Source: Prochlorococcus marinus str. MIT 9211
GTDB taxonomy: Bacteria; Cyanobacteriota; Cyanobacteriia; PCC-6307; Cyanobiaceae
Assembly: GCF_000018585.1 (NCBI RefSeq)
Contig: NC_009976.1
Span: forward strand, 343,982 to 367,981
Direction of reading: 5' to 3'
DNA: 24,000 bases
In this document: one piece after another, positions 12,409-20,211 of the stretch
Layout of the letters: each line of letters begins with the position of its first letter
Position numbering within the stretch: position 1 is the first letter of the stretch
Position numbers and translations under genes: made by a program
The notes under the pieces: model-generated
What the model was told of the DNA's origin: nothing
What the model saw: only the letters and a program-made list of their open reading frames with translations
Database searches by the model: none

Positions 12409-12711
12409 TTACCCTACAAAGAGTCCCCTTCTAATGAATTGCATTGCAAATATTGCTCCTAAAAAGAAAACAGTAGGAATCCCTAATGCATTTACAGCAA
12501 GAGTTCTTACAGTGAAGACTGGATACCCTCCACTAGGTCGATTGTTAGGGATGACACCGCTATCCTCCCAGTCTTGAATATTCTCAACATTTGGGAACCC
12601 AGGGAGAGTTTTGTTATCCCATTTCAATACTCCCCAAACAGAAAGCCATATTATGGTTGAAATTATTGAGATTAATATTGGCGAGATTACTAATAGAATT
12701 TTAAAAAGCAT
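12409..12711 (-). CDS. Cytochrome b559 beta (PsbF)-like membrane protein with N-terminal transmembrane extension
   Basis: 100 aa; C-terminal [36 protein letters not shown] closely resembles canonical PsbF [33 protein letters not shown]; extra N-terminal hydrophobic helix. Confidence 0.75.
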   Translation of the reverse strand: MLFKILLVISPILISIISTIIWLSVWGVLKWDNKTLPGFPNVENIQDWEDSGVIPNNRPSGGYPVFTVRTLAVNALGIPTVFFLGAIFAMQFIRRGLFVG

Positions 12712-12824
12712 CTGTAATTAATTAACTCATATTCAATATCTAGCATCAAGCCTTAATGCCTAATGCAAAGAAGTTATCAATTTAATGTTCTATTTCCTAC
12801 CAATAATTGTGTCCATGATTATTT

Positions 12825-13424
12825 TCATCCAAAGGGGCTTGTACCTTTCAAAGGTCCAACAAAGAGTATTTCCATGACAACACCAGTTATTGCAAAAGGT
12901 AAGACCCATATAGACAAGAAAAGTGGTCCAAAGAATCTTATGGGACTAGACCCTTTGAAGACTTTCTGACTAGCTGTAAAGATTGTCTCAGCTTTAGTAA
13001 TTGTATATTCTGTTTCTTGATAGGGCCTTACAGGGTTTGTAGAATTTACTATTTCTCTAAGTTTATTAATAGCAATAATAGGGAATGACCAAATTGCCAT
13101 AAAGCGAGGCCCTAGCCAATTTCTAGGATGAGGGAATGCAGCACTTTCTAAAGGCCTCTCGCTAGGGAATGCTGATTCTATGGATTTAACAACATCTTCA
13201 AAGTGAATAGAGCTTTGAGCTTCAATCTTTCCTTTGGCCAACATCTTATCTGATTGAACTGACACCTCTTCTTGTAAGTGAAGCACTTCATTATCTATAG
13301 AAGTCTCTTCAGAAGCCAAAGATATCGAGCTAAATGCGGCTTCTACAGATGACGGATCTTCCATTTCAGGTTGAATATTTTGAACAATATCTTTCCTCAG
13401 ATTTGATTCTTCCTTGCTGTCCAT
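12825..13424 (-). CDS. Hypothetical protein with acidic N-terminus and two related C-terminal hydrophobic modules
   Basis: 199-aa ORF; modules RNWLGPRFMAIWSFPIIAINKLREIV and IRFFGPLFLSIWVLPFAITGVVMEIL. Confidence 0.65.
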   Translation of the reverse strand: MDSKEESNLRKDIVQNIQPEMEDPSSVEAAFSSISLASEETSIDNEVLHLQEEVSVQSDKMLAKGKIEAQSSIHFEDVVKSIESAFPSERPLESAAFPHPRNWLGPRFMAIWSFPIIAINKLREIVNSTNPVRPYQETEYTITKAETIFTASQKVFKGSSPIRFFGPLFLSIWVLPFAITGVVMEILFVGPLKGTSPFG

Positions 13425-13583
13425 TTTTTTTGACCGGCATATTTTTCTAATCTATACCCTTTACTCATTACTAAGATATAAATAATTCTTTTCAGCGTAT
13501 CAATCTGACCATATACAGGTAACGTTTTGCCAGCCTATACGTAAACCTTCTTTTATATTGAATCCAAATCTAAGGTGAATTCA

Positions 13584-13739
13584 ATGCTAGTAAGTATTCT
13601 TGGGCTTATGCCATCTGAACTTGGTGTAAGTGGCTCAACTATTGACATAGTACTGACCTTTGCAACTGGCACTGTCATAGTATTGCCTCTGCTATTTGTT
13701 GTTCGTTCTAAAAAAGATTTTAGAAAGATAACTCTTTAA
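13584..13739 (+). CDS. Candidate small membrane protein (51 aa)
   Basis: Not in the supplied track. ATG preceded by an AAGGTG-like RBS; MLVSILGLMPSELGVSGSTIDIVLTFATGTVIVLPLLFVVRSKKDFRKITL* with one clear hydrophobic helix. Confidence 0.5.
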   Translation: MLVSILGLMPSELGVSGSTIDIVLTFATGTVIVLPLLFVVRSKKDFRKITL

Positions 13740-13810
13740 TACTGAGCTTCTAAAAGGAGCTCAATATTGATAGCAAATATATTACTTGAGAATTTTATTA
13801 ATTCTTTCCT

Positions 13811-13963
13811 CTAGACTTGGCTAAAGATTTTTTGTGTATTCTGCTCTAAGAAATCAATCTGATTAGCGGACAATATATTCTGCTTTTCAAGAAGAATCCT
13901 TCTATGATTATTTATCTTCTCTTTAGAAGGGAGAGGAATACTGTTAAAGGCAATCTTTATTTC
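13811..13963 (-). pseudogene. Open-frame remnant without start codon
   Basis: EIKIAFNSIPLPSKEKINNHRRILLEKQNILSANQIDFLEQNTQKIFSQV*; protein-like composition, just beyond the Cys-rich frame on the same strand. Confidence 0.25.
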
Positions 13964-13972
13964 TCAAGGGAT

Positions 13973-14107
13973 CTATTTGTCTGTGCCTAGATATTGACTG
14001 GCTGATGAAACTGGCTGAACACAAAACTCACATTTAGTTATTAATGATGATTTGCTCCATTGAACAGGCGCTCCGCATCTTTGACAATTCTGAGGAAGAT
14101 TCTTCAC
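13973..14107 (-). other. Possible micro-ORF or remnant encoding a zinc-ribbon-like peptide
   Basis: GTG start; VKNLPQNCQRCGAPVQWSKSSLITKCEFCVQPVSSASQYLGTDK*, with CxxC-(15 aa)-CxxC; in frame with the truncated integrase stub, separated by one TAA. Confidence 0.3.
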
Positions 14108-14233
14108 TTAGGTTCTCTCACTCCATTCACATTGATTTGCATATCTTTCATGATTTACCCCATTGGGACTTAGATATTGCTTCTTTCTAATGAGTGCTTG
14201 CCAGCCTTTGCCGCTTCTTCGAATGGTTGCCAT
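14108..14233 (-). pseudogene. Truncated tyrosine recombinase: first 20 codons of the integrase fused to unrelated sequence
   Basis: Translation MATIRRSGKGWQALIRKKQY is identical to the N-terminus of the integrase at 16618-17601, then diverges (LSPNGVNHERYANQCEWSERT*). Confidence 0.85.
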
Positions 14234-14285
14234 TTCTTGAATTGCATCAGGTCAGATGCATCAAGCAAGAATGATCAACAGAGCA

Positions 14286-14315
14286 AAAGTGGACTAAAAA
14301 GTGGACGTCCACTTT
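14286..14315. promoter_or_regulatory. Candidate recombinase arm-type or operator sites, left copy
   Basis: AAAGTGGAC at 14286-14294 and 14298-14306 plus inverted GTCCACTTT at 14307-14315; the latter two form an 18-bp perfect palindrome AAAGTGGACGTCCACTTT. Confidence 0.5.
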
Positions 14316-14373
14316 CTGTCTTTAAGAACCTCTGGTGCCTGAGAGGCTTTCTTTTAGAAGAGATCAGGGCTCA

Positions 14374-14445
<72 letters not shown>

Positions 14446-14456
14446 TTGTGGAGAGG

Positions 14457-14467
14457 TGGGCCGGGTT
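14457..14467 (-). pseudogene. 3'-terminal remnant of tRNA-Tyr
   Basis: TGGGCCGGGTT (with flanking GG) matches the 3' end of tRNA-Tyr at 17823-17833, then diverges; adjacent to the duplicated tRNA-Thr. Confidence 0.7.
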
Positions 14468-14910
14468 TAGACCGCCTCTATAGCCTTGTCAGACAGCTCT
14501 GTGCTTGATACTGAGCCAACTTAGATCAAATCTTGAGTAAGACCAAATCTTTTTTAGGGAGTGCTGGGATCTGTCTTAAGTCCACTTTTATGTGGTTTTA
14601 GGCCACTGGATTGAGTGTGGGTTTTGTTGCTGAGATCGCTTTGATTGCAGTGCTTCTCGCTAACCCCACTATTATACAGGGGAAGAGAAGAGAGCGAGGT
14701 TGCACGTATATAGGAGGAGAGGAGATAAAAACTTAAGACAACAATTTCCTTTACTGATGTTCCGGTGAGCGAAGCGAACGAACATCACGAAAGCACTGTC
14801 TGTATCTCCCAAACACACAAACCCCAACACTCAATATCTAAAAGTTCAACCCTGATGATCTGAATGTCCCCTCATTGGACATTCCGTATCATCCCTGTTG
14901 AGACTGTATG

Positions 14911-14952
14911 GATAGATAGATAGATAGATAGTTAGATAGTTAGTTAATTAAT
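14911..14952 (+). repeat. GATA tetranucleotide microsatellite grading into GTTA/ATTA
   Basis: (GATA)x5 then GTTA GATA GTTA GTTA ATTA ATT, ending about 10 bp upstream of the ATG at 14963. Confidence 0.85.
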
Positions 14953-14962
14953 TCATAGTCAA

Positions 14963-15293
14963 ATGAGAACTCCAAAGCATCTACCAAAAATCAATACACA
15001 GACAGCTCCAATACCAGACTCAGCTAAACCCTTAACTCCCGAAAGAGCTAAGGAAATTATTGATGAGGTTTGGAGTAAGAGGAACTGTTGGGAATGAGGA
15101 AGAGAGAGAAGTTTGGAAAGAAATGAAAGGGCACTTTGAGGAAAACTTTGAGGAAAAAATCAAAGCAGTCATCAAAGCGAAGGGATCAGAAGAAGTAGTC
15201 ATCCCTCCGGAGGAAGAAGAGTTCAAAAAGGCACTTGAAGTATTGGAGCAAGGAAAGAAAGAAGAAAGTGAGACGAATATTGATATCTGGTAA
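14963..15293 (+). pseudogene. Frameshifted or chimeric paralog of the 11476-11850 gene
   Basis: ATG at 14963 opens MRTPKHLPKINTQTAPIPDSAKPLTPERAKEIIDEVWSKRNCWE*; the neighbouring frame continues FGVRGTVGNEEEREVWKEMKGHFEENFEEKIKAVIKAKGSEEVV...NIDIW*. Confidence 0.5.
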
Positions 15294-15396
15294 GACTTTC
15301 TGAAATGAGATTACCTATAACCTAAAACTATTAGTCGTAACTATTTAAAGAACTAATTATGAGTGATAAGATAAAGCCAACAACAATAAAAAACCT

Positions 15397-16521
15397 TTGG
15401 AAATTCATTTTCCATCAGCTGATCAAATATATAAAGAAACATATACGAAATTAAAAGAAATAGAAGGATGGAAAGAATTCAATAATAAATGGGATTATGC
15501 CATTACAGAATATATCTCTGAGAATGGTCTACAAGGTTGGAGCCGTGAAACTTTAATAGTGCTTTGGTTTGATTACCAAATAAATAATCTCACTGAACTA
15601 TTTAAGGATGTGCATCCAAAGGAACCTGAGTATAATGATAATGAGGAGATTACAGTTCTTAATGTTCAACAAGTCAAAGAGGAAAGAGATAAGTATATTG
15701 AGAAGCTTAAAGACTGGAGTAAAAAATTAATAGAGATAGCTCCAATAGCTCTAGAAGAATTGCCAAAATGCGAAATATATGAAATTAGTATAATAGGCAT
15801 TCCAAGAATTGAATATTCTGGGGAGGATCCAGCGAAATTCATGAATATTGCTTATTCATATAAAGACGAAAAAAAGTGGGATTTAGCTATCGAATATTTA
15901 AACAAATCATATGATGCTTTCTTTAACTCTCCTCTTAAATATCCACTGAATTACTCTATATATGATTTTGTAAGATTACCTTTATATATGCATCATGCTG
16001 GTTACTTAGAGGAGTCTTGGGAGACATTTCAAAGATTTTTAGATGGTGATTTTCCAATTAGAATCCCAAAGAAAAATGGCCTTGAAAATGACATCATCAA
16101 ATCATGGGAGCGTAGGGTTATTTTTTCTAAGATGAAAAGTTGTTATATAAAAGAAAAGAAATATCGAGAAGCTCTTGTTTGTAGATGTCTTGACCTTTAC
16201 TTTGATATTGCGGGCTTATTTCTACTGGTAAGATTAGAGAAAGAAATTGGTAAAAGTGCGTATGATTATGAAGACTTTTCATTTCCTCTTCATTATATAA
16301 ATACACATAATTTTTACCCAGATCCAATAATATATGGTTTTAAAGAATGCTCTAAGAAATCAACGCTGGTGAAAAATCTTAAAACAAGAGCTCGAATGGC
16401 AAAGCTTAATGATGAAGTTGAGGTAATTGCTGAATTGATATCCGATGCAATTAAAATTTTGCCAGACTATAAATTAGGTGAGGAAATTATCATTAATAAC
16501 CTAAAAAAATTTCCTAAATAA
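15397..16521 (+). CDS. Hypothetical protein, TPR-like helical cargo
   Basis: 374-aa ORF; segments such as AYSYKDEKKWDLAIEYLNKSYDAFF and LPLYMHHAGYLEESWETFQRFLDGDFP resemble TPR-like repeats. Start codon uncertain (TTG in track). Confidence 0.7.
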   Translation: MEIHFPSADQIYKETYTKLKEIEGWKEFNNKWDYAITEYISENGLQGWSRETLIVLWFDYQINNLTELFKDVHPKEPEYNDNEEITVLNVQQVKEERDKYIEKLKDWSKKLIEIAPIALEELPKCEIYEISIIGIPRIEYSGEDPAKFMNIAYSYKDEKKWDLAIEYLNKSYDAFFNSPLKYPLNYSIYDFVRLPLYMHHAGYLEESWETFQRFLDGDFPIRIPKKNGLENDIIKSWERRVIFSKMKSCYIKEKKYREALVCRCLDLYFDIAGLFLLVRLEKEIGKSAYDYEDFSFPLHYINTHNFYPDPIIYGFKECSKKSTLVKNLKTRARMAKLNDEVEVIAELISDAIKILPDYKLGEEIIINNLKKFPK

Positions 16522-16617
16522 GTTCCATCACGTCTACAAAAAAAATAATTTCAAGGAAGGGATTTCAAATCTCCAGGGCCTATTTTTGAGCTTCTAGAAA
16601 TGAAAAATAAGAACACC

Positions 16618-17601
16618 TCATTTGCCCCCATACCCCAGTTGATAATGGCTATAGCGCATCAACATTCGTAGATCTTTATGCCCACTAATTGCTGATATTT
16701 GGAGGGCATTCATACCTTCAGCCCACATCTTGCTGATGGCGATATGGCGCAGGTCATGAAATCGGAGTTGATTCAATCCAGCAGCTTTTCTCGCTCGATC
16801 AAATCCGTGACGTGCAGAACCAGAGCTCAGTCCAATGATGTGTTGTTGCTCTTTTGGATATTGAGCGAGGAGCTCAACGGCTTGTGGAGATAGTGGTACT
16901 AAGCGTTCACTCCTTTGCATTCCCTGGGCGGCGCAATCTTTTCTTGTTAGGCAAACAAGTCTTAGATCGAGGTCTAAATCATCCCATTTCATTGAAAGTA
17001 GTTCAGAGCGTCGCATTCCAGTTGCTAGTGCCAGCTGCGTTAAGCGCAGATGATTGGGATTTTTGGCTTGAGCTAATTGCTGGAGTAAATCTTGCTCTTG
17101 TTGTTTGGTGAGATGAGGAATTCTGGCGTCATGGGTCCCTCTGACTTTGAGTTCCCGTGCAGGGTTGCTCTTGAGCAGGCATCCTTGTTCATCTTTGGCC
17201 CAATCGAGCAGAACCCGCAAGATCCTGAGTTCTCTCATCACTGTGTTGGGTTTGACTTTGAGCAGTCGTTCGTCTCTCCAAAGAGCAAAATGCCGGATTG
17301 ACATTTCACTAAGCAGAACACCTCCCATCCAGCTATTAGCCATTGCTCTTAAGGGATATTGTTCGTTATGACCACTGCGGTGTTTTTGCAGTGGCCCATC
17401 GATATACAGGTCAATAGCCTCTTTGAGAATTTGCGGTGGCGGCTGGTCTAATTGGGTTGGCCTTTTGAGAGACCCTTCAACAGCATTCGCCCACAACTGC
17501 GCTTGGCTTTTTGAGCTAAATGTTTTGGCTTTTGGTCCTTGATATTGCTTCTTTCTAATGAGTGCTTGCCAGCCTTTGCCGCTTCTTCGAATGGTTGCCA
17601 T
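16618..17601 (-). CDS. Tyrosine recombinase / phage-type integrase
   Basis: 327 aa; catalytic-domain motifs LALATGMRRSELLSMKWDDL, LRFHDLRHIAISKMWAEG, ISGHKDLRMLMRYSHY; adjacent to tRNA-Thr. Confidence 0.93.
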   Translation of the reverse strand: MATIRRSGKGWQALIRKKQYQGPKAKTFSSKSQAQLWANAVEGSLKRPTQLDQPPPQILKEAIDLYIDGPLQKHRSGHNEQYPLRAMANSWMGGVLLSEMSIRHFALWRDERLLKVKPNTVMRELRILRVLLDWAKDEQGCLLKSNPARELKVRGTHDARIPHLTKQQEQDLLQQLAQAKNPNHLRLTQLALATGMRRSELLSMKWDDLDLDLRLVCLTRKDCAAQGMQRSERLVPLSPQAVELLAQYPKEQQHIIGLSSGSARHGFDRARKAAGLNQLRFHDLRHIAISKMWAEGMNALQISAISGHKDLRMLMRYSHYQLGYGGK

Positions 17602-17653
17602 TTCTTGAATTGCATCAGGTCAGATGCATCAAGCAAGAATGATCAACAGAGCA

Positions 17654-17683
17654 AAAGTGGACTAAAAAGTGGACGTCCACTTT
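17654..17683. promoter_or_regulatory. Candidate recombinase arm-type or operator sites, right copy
   Basis: Same AAAGTGGAC direct pair plus inverted GTCCACTTT as 14286-14315, between the int start and the tRNA-Thr 3' end. Confidence 0.5.
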
Positions 17684-17741
17684 CTGTCTTTAAGAACCTC
17701 TGGTGCCTGAGAGGCTTTCTTTTAGAAGAGATCAGGGCTCA

Positions 17742-17813
<72 letters not shown>

Positions 17814-17822
17814 TTGTGGAGG

Positions 17823-17904
17823 TGGGCCGGGTTGGATTTGAACCAACGTAGGCAGAGCCAGCGGATTTACAGTCCGCCCCCATTAACCACTCGGGCACCG
17901 ACCC
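17823..17904 (-). tRNA. tRNA-Tyr (anticodon GTA)
   Basis: GGGTCGGTGCCCGAGTGGTTAATGGGGGCGGACTGTAAATCCGC...GTTGGTTCAAATCCAACCCGGCCCA; long variable arm and paired acceptor stem. Confidence 0.96.
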
Positions 17905-18011
17905 GCACCACTCAAGGAGAATATCAGCTTAAGCGTCGAAATTTCTCTAATCTATAGTGCATTTTCCTGATAAATAGATACGATTTTCAAAGGAATCTTC
18001 GGTTTAGGGCT

Positions 18012-18458
18012 ATGAATCTATTGCTTTTAAACGGCCCAAACCTCAATCTTTTAGGTAAGCGTGAGCCCTCTATTTATGGCTCTCAAAGCCTTGAATCTAT
18101 TGAAATTAGTCTTTCGCAGAGAGCAAAGGAAGAAGGAGTTGGCCTTGAATGCTTTCAAAGCAATTCCGAAGGAACTCTTGTTGATTATATTCATCAGAGT
18201 ATTGGGAAAGTCGATGCGATTTTGATTAATGCAGGAGCCTATACCCATACTTCAATAGCCTTGAGAGACGCTTTGCTTAGTGCGGAGATTCCTTATGTCG
18301 AGCTTCACCTTAGTAATACTTATGCTAGAGAGACTTTTCGACAAAAATCTTTGTTGGCTGATAGAGCCATTGGAGTAGTCAGTGGGTTTGGAGTTATGAG
18401 CTATCAACTTGCCTTTCAAGGTATTTTGGATTACCTGAGGAATAGGTCAAAAGAATAA
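18012..18458 (+). CDS. aroQ: 3-dehydroquinate dehydratase, type II
   Basis: 148 aa; [58 protein letters not shown]-like [12 protein letters not shown]. Confidence 0.95.
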   Translation: MNLLLLNGPNLNLLGKREPSIYGSQSLESIEISLSQRAKEEGVGLECFQSNSEGTLVDYIHQSIGKVDAILINAGAYTHTSIALRDALLSAEIPYVELHLSNTYARETFRQKSLLADRAIGVVSGFGVMSYQLAFQGILDYLRNRSKE

Positions 18459-19072
18459 TGCGACTTTTGAGTGAAGTTGAGCGTAAGCCAGTCAAAATCA
18501 AGTGGCTTCTTAGAAAAACAAGTGATAAATGGTTGGAACTAGCATTAGCCAATCCAATTGAAATTCTTATAGATCACGCCCATTGTGAAAGGAAGGCTGC
18601 TGGAGCTGCACTTCAGCTGATGTTTCGTTACTTATGTGAGCCTGGATTGGCTGAGGTCTTAAGCCCTTTGGCTAGAGAAGAATTAGAGCATTTTGAGAAA
18701 GTCCTTGACATTATTGTTTCTAGAGGAAGGTATCTGGAACCTTTGGCAGCTCCACCTTATGGATCATTACTAATTAAGCAAGTTAGAAAGCAAGAGCCTA
18801 AAAGAATGCTAGACACTTTTCTTGTTTCAGGATTGATTGAGGCTAGAAGCCATGAAAGAATGTCTTTGCTTGCCTTGCATAGTACTGATACTGAATTAAG
18901 GGATATGTATGGGGAGTTGCTTGCTAGTGAGGCTAGGCATTTTAATCTATATTGGTCATTGTCAATTGAAAGGTTTAATAAAGCTATTGTCGTCTCACGT
19001 TTAACTGAATTAGCCGAAATAGAATCAAATATTCTTTCTAATTTACATCCTGAACCTAGAATGCATAGTTAA
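18458..19072 (+). CDS. miaE: tRNA-(ms2io6A)-hydroxylase family (MiaE-like)
   Basis: 204 aa; DHAHCERKAAGAALQLMFRY and EARSHERM/ASEARHFNLYW diiron-ligand motifs; TAATG overlap with aroQ. Confidence 0.88.
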   Translation: MRLLSEVERKPVKIKWLLRKTSDKWLELALANPIEILIDHAHCERKAAGAALQLMFRYLCEPGLAEVLSPLAREELEHFEKVLDIIVSRGRYLEPLAAPPYGSLLIKQVRKQEPKRMLDTFLVSGLIEARSHERMSLLALHSTDTELRDMYGELLASEARHFNLYWSLSIERFNKAIVVSRLTELAEIESNILSNLHPEPRMHS

Positions 19073-19116
19073 CGATGCCTAATCTTATTAAGTCTATTAA
19101 GAGTTACTAATTACCC

Positions 19117-19938
19117 GTGAATTATAATCAAAAACTCTTTTCTCTTGCAAATTTAATAAACAATCTAAGAAACTATTTTTTCCTTAAACTTCGCTTCAAG
19201 AGCTTTGGAGATATTAAGCCATCATTAACTCTTGTTGGAGTGGGACCTGGCGACCCATCACTTATAACTATTGCTGCTATCAAAGCAATTAGAAAAGCAA
19301 CTGTGATTGCCTACCCAGTGTCACAATTAGGGGGTAAAAGTATGGCTGCTGAAATAGCTGGTGACTGGATAAAAGGGAAAAGAACTATGCCATTAGTCTT
19401 CCCAATGACTTTAGATGGTGACTCACTGGATCAACATTGGAAGATAGCCTCTGAAAAGTTAAGCAATGCTATACAAACTGGAGAAAATGTTGTTTTCATA
19501 AGTCAGGGAGACCCTTCTTTATATTCCACATGTTGTTATGTCTTAATTTATTTAAAGTCACATTACCCTGAATGTACTTTAAAGATTATCCCGGGAGTTA
19601 ACTCATTCTCAGCAGCCGCTGCCGCAGGTCAATGGCCATTGTCTTTGCAAAAAGAAGCACTTTTTGTTTCGCCTGTTCCCGAAGAGCCGAAAGATTTTGA
19701 AAATTTACTCGATGAGTCTCTAAGAAAAGGATTAGTTTTGGTGTTGTTAAAATTAGGTTTTCGGTGGGAATGGGTTAGACCAATTTTAGAGAAAAAAGGG
19801 TTGTTAGATAAGACTCTATTCGTTAAGAAAGTAGGCTTTTTTGACCAAGAAATTTCCAAGGCAGAAAATGTATCTAAAGACTCTAAGCCTTACTTTTCTC
19901 TCTTAATTGTCAGACCTCATTGGCCGTCCATAAAATAG
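19117..19938 (+). CDS. cobI: Precorrin-2 C20-methyltransferase
   Basis: 273 aa; TLVGVGPGDPSLITIAAIKAI, VVFISQGDPSLYSTCCYVL, IPGVNSFSAAAAAGQWPL SAM-methyltransferase motifs. Confidence 0.9.
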   Translation: MNYNQKLFSLANLINNLRNYFFLKLRFKSFGDIKPSLTLVGVGPGDPSLITIAAIKAIRKATVIAYPVSQLGGKSMAAEIAGDWIKGKRTMPLVFPMTLDGDSLDQHWKIASEKLSNAIQTGENVVFISQGDPSLYSTCCYVLIYLKSHYPECTLKIIPGVNSFSAAAAAGQWPLSLQKEALFVSPVPEEPKDFENLLDESLRKGLVLVLLKLGFRWEWVRPILEKKGLLDKTLFVKKVGFFDQEISKAENVSKDSKPYFSLLIVRPHWPSIK

Positions 19939-19947
19939 AAAGCACTT

Positions 19948-20157
19948 TTATTTTTTGCATAAATCTTGGCCCGTTTCAGGATATGGGTAAAGATTGCTTA
20001 TTGATAGAATTTCTAGAGAGGCTTTTAGAGCAATAGGTAATTGAGCAATAGCAATTATTACTATTGCTATACCTGTCCATGACCCATTATCTCTGAGGGG
20101 TCTCTTATCGTTATGAAGTTTCTTTTTAAAAGGGCCATTTCTATTGTCGTTCATCAT
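19948..20157 (-). CDS. Small hypothetical protein with one hydrophobic segment
   Basis: 69-aa ORF MMNDNRNGPFKKKL...WTGIAIVIIAIAQLPIALKASLEIL, in a gap between forward genes. Confidence 0.55.
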   Translation of the reverse strand: MMNDNRNGPFKKKLHNDKRPLRDNGSWTGIAIVIIAIAQLPIALKASLEILSISNLYPYPETGQDLCKK

Positions 20158-20211
20158 TGAAGCTACCGTTAATGTTTAGAAGATACTTAATTTGATGATT
20201 TTATACATCTC

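Noticed and set aside
11400-14172. A third tRNA-Thr or tRNA-Tyr fragment marking the left end of the supposed older element
   Set aside because: I looked for GGACTTGAACCCGAG and GGTGGGCCGGGTT-like strings left of 14173 and saw none; the left boundary of an older element cannot be supported from this sequence.
16699-17371. Plus-strand ORFs antisense to the integrase (16699-16893, 16854-17111, 17092-17301, 17147-17371)
   Set aside because: Shadow frames of the GC-richer integrase; no protein-like family features.
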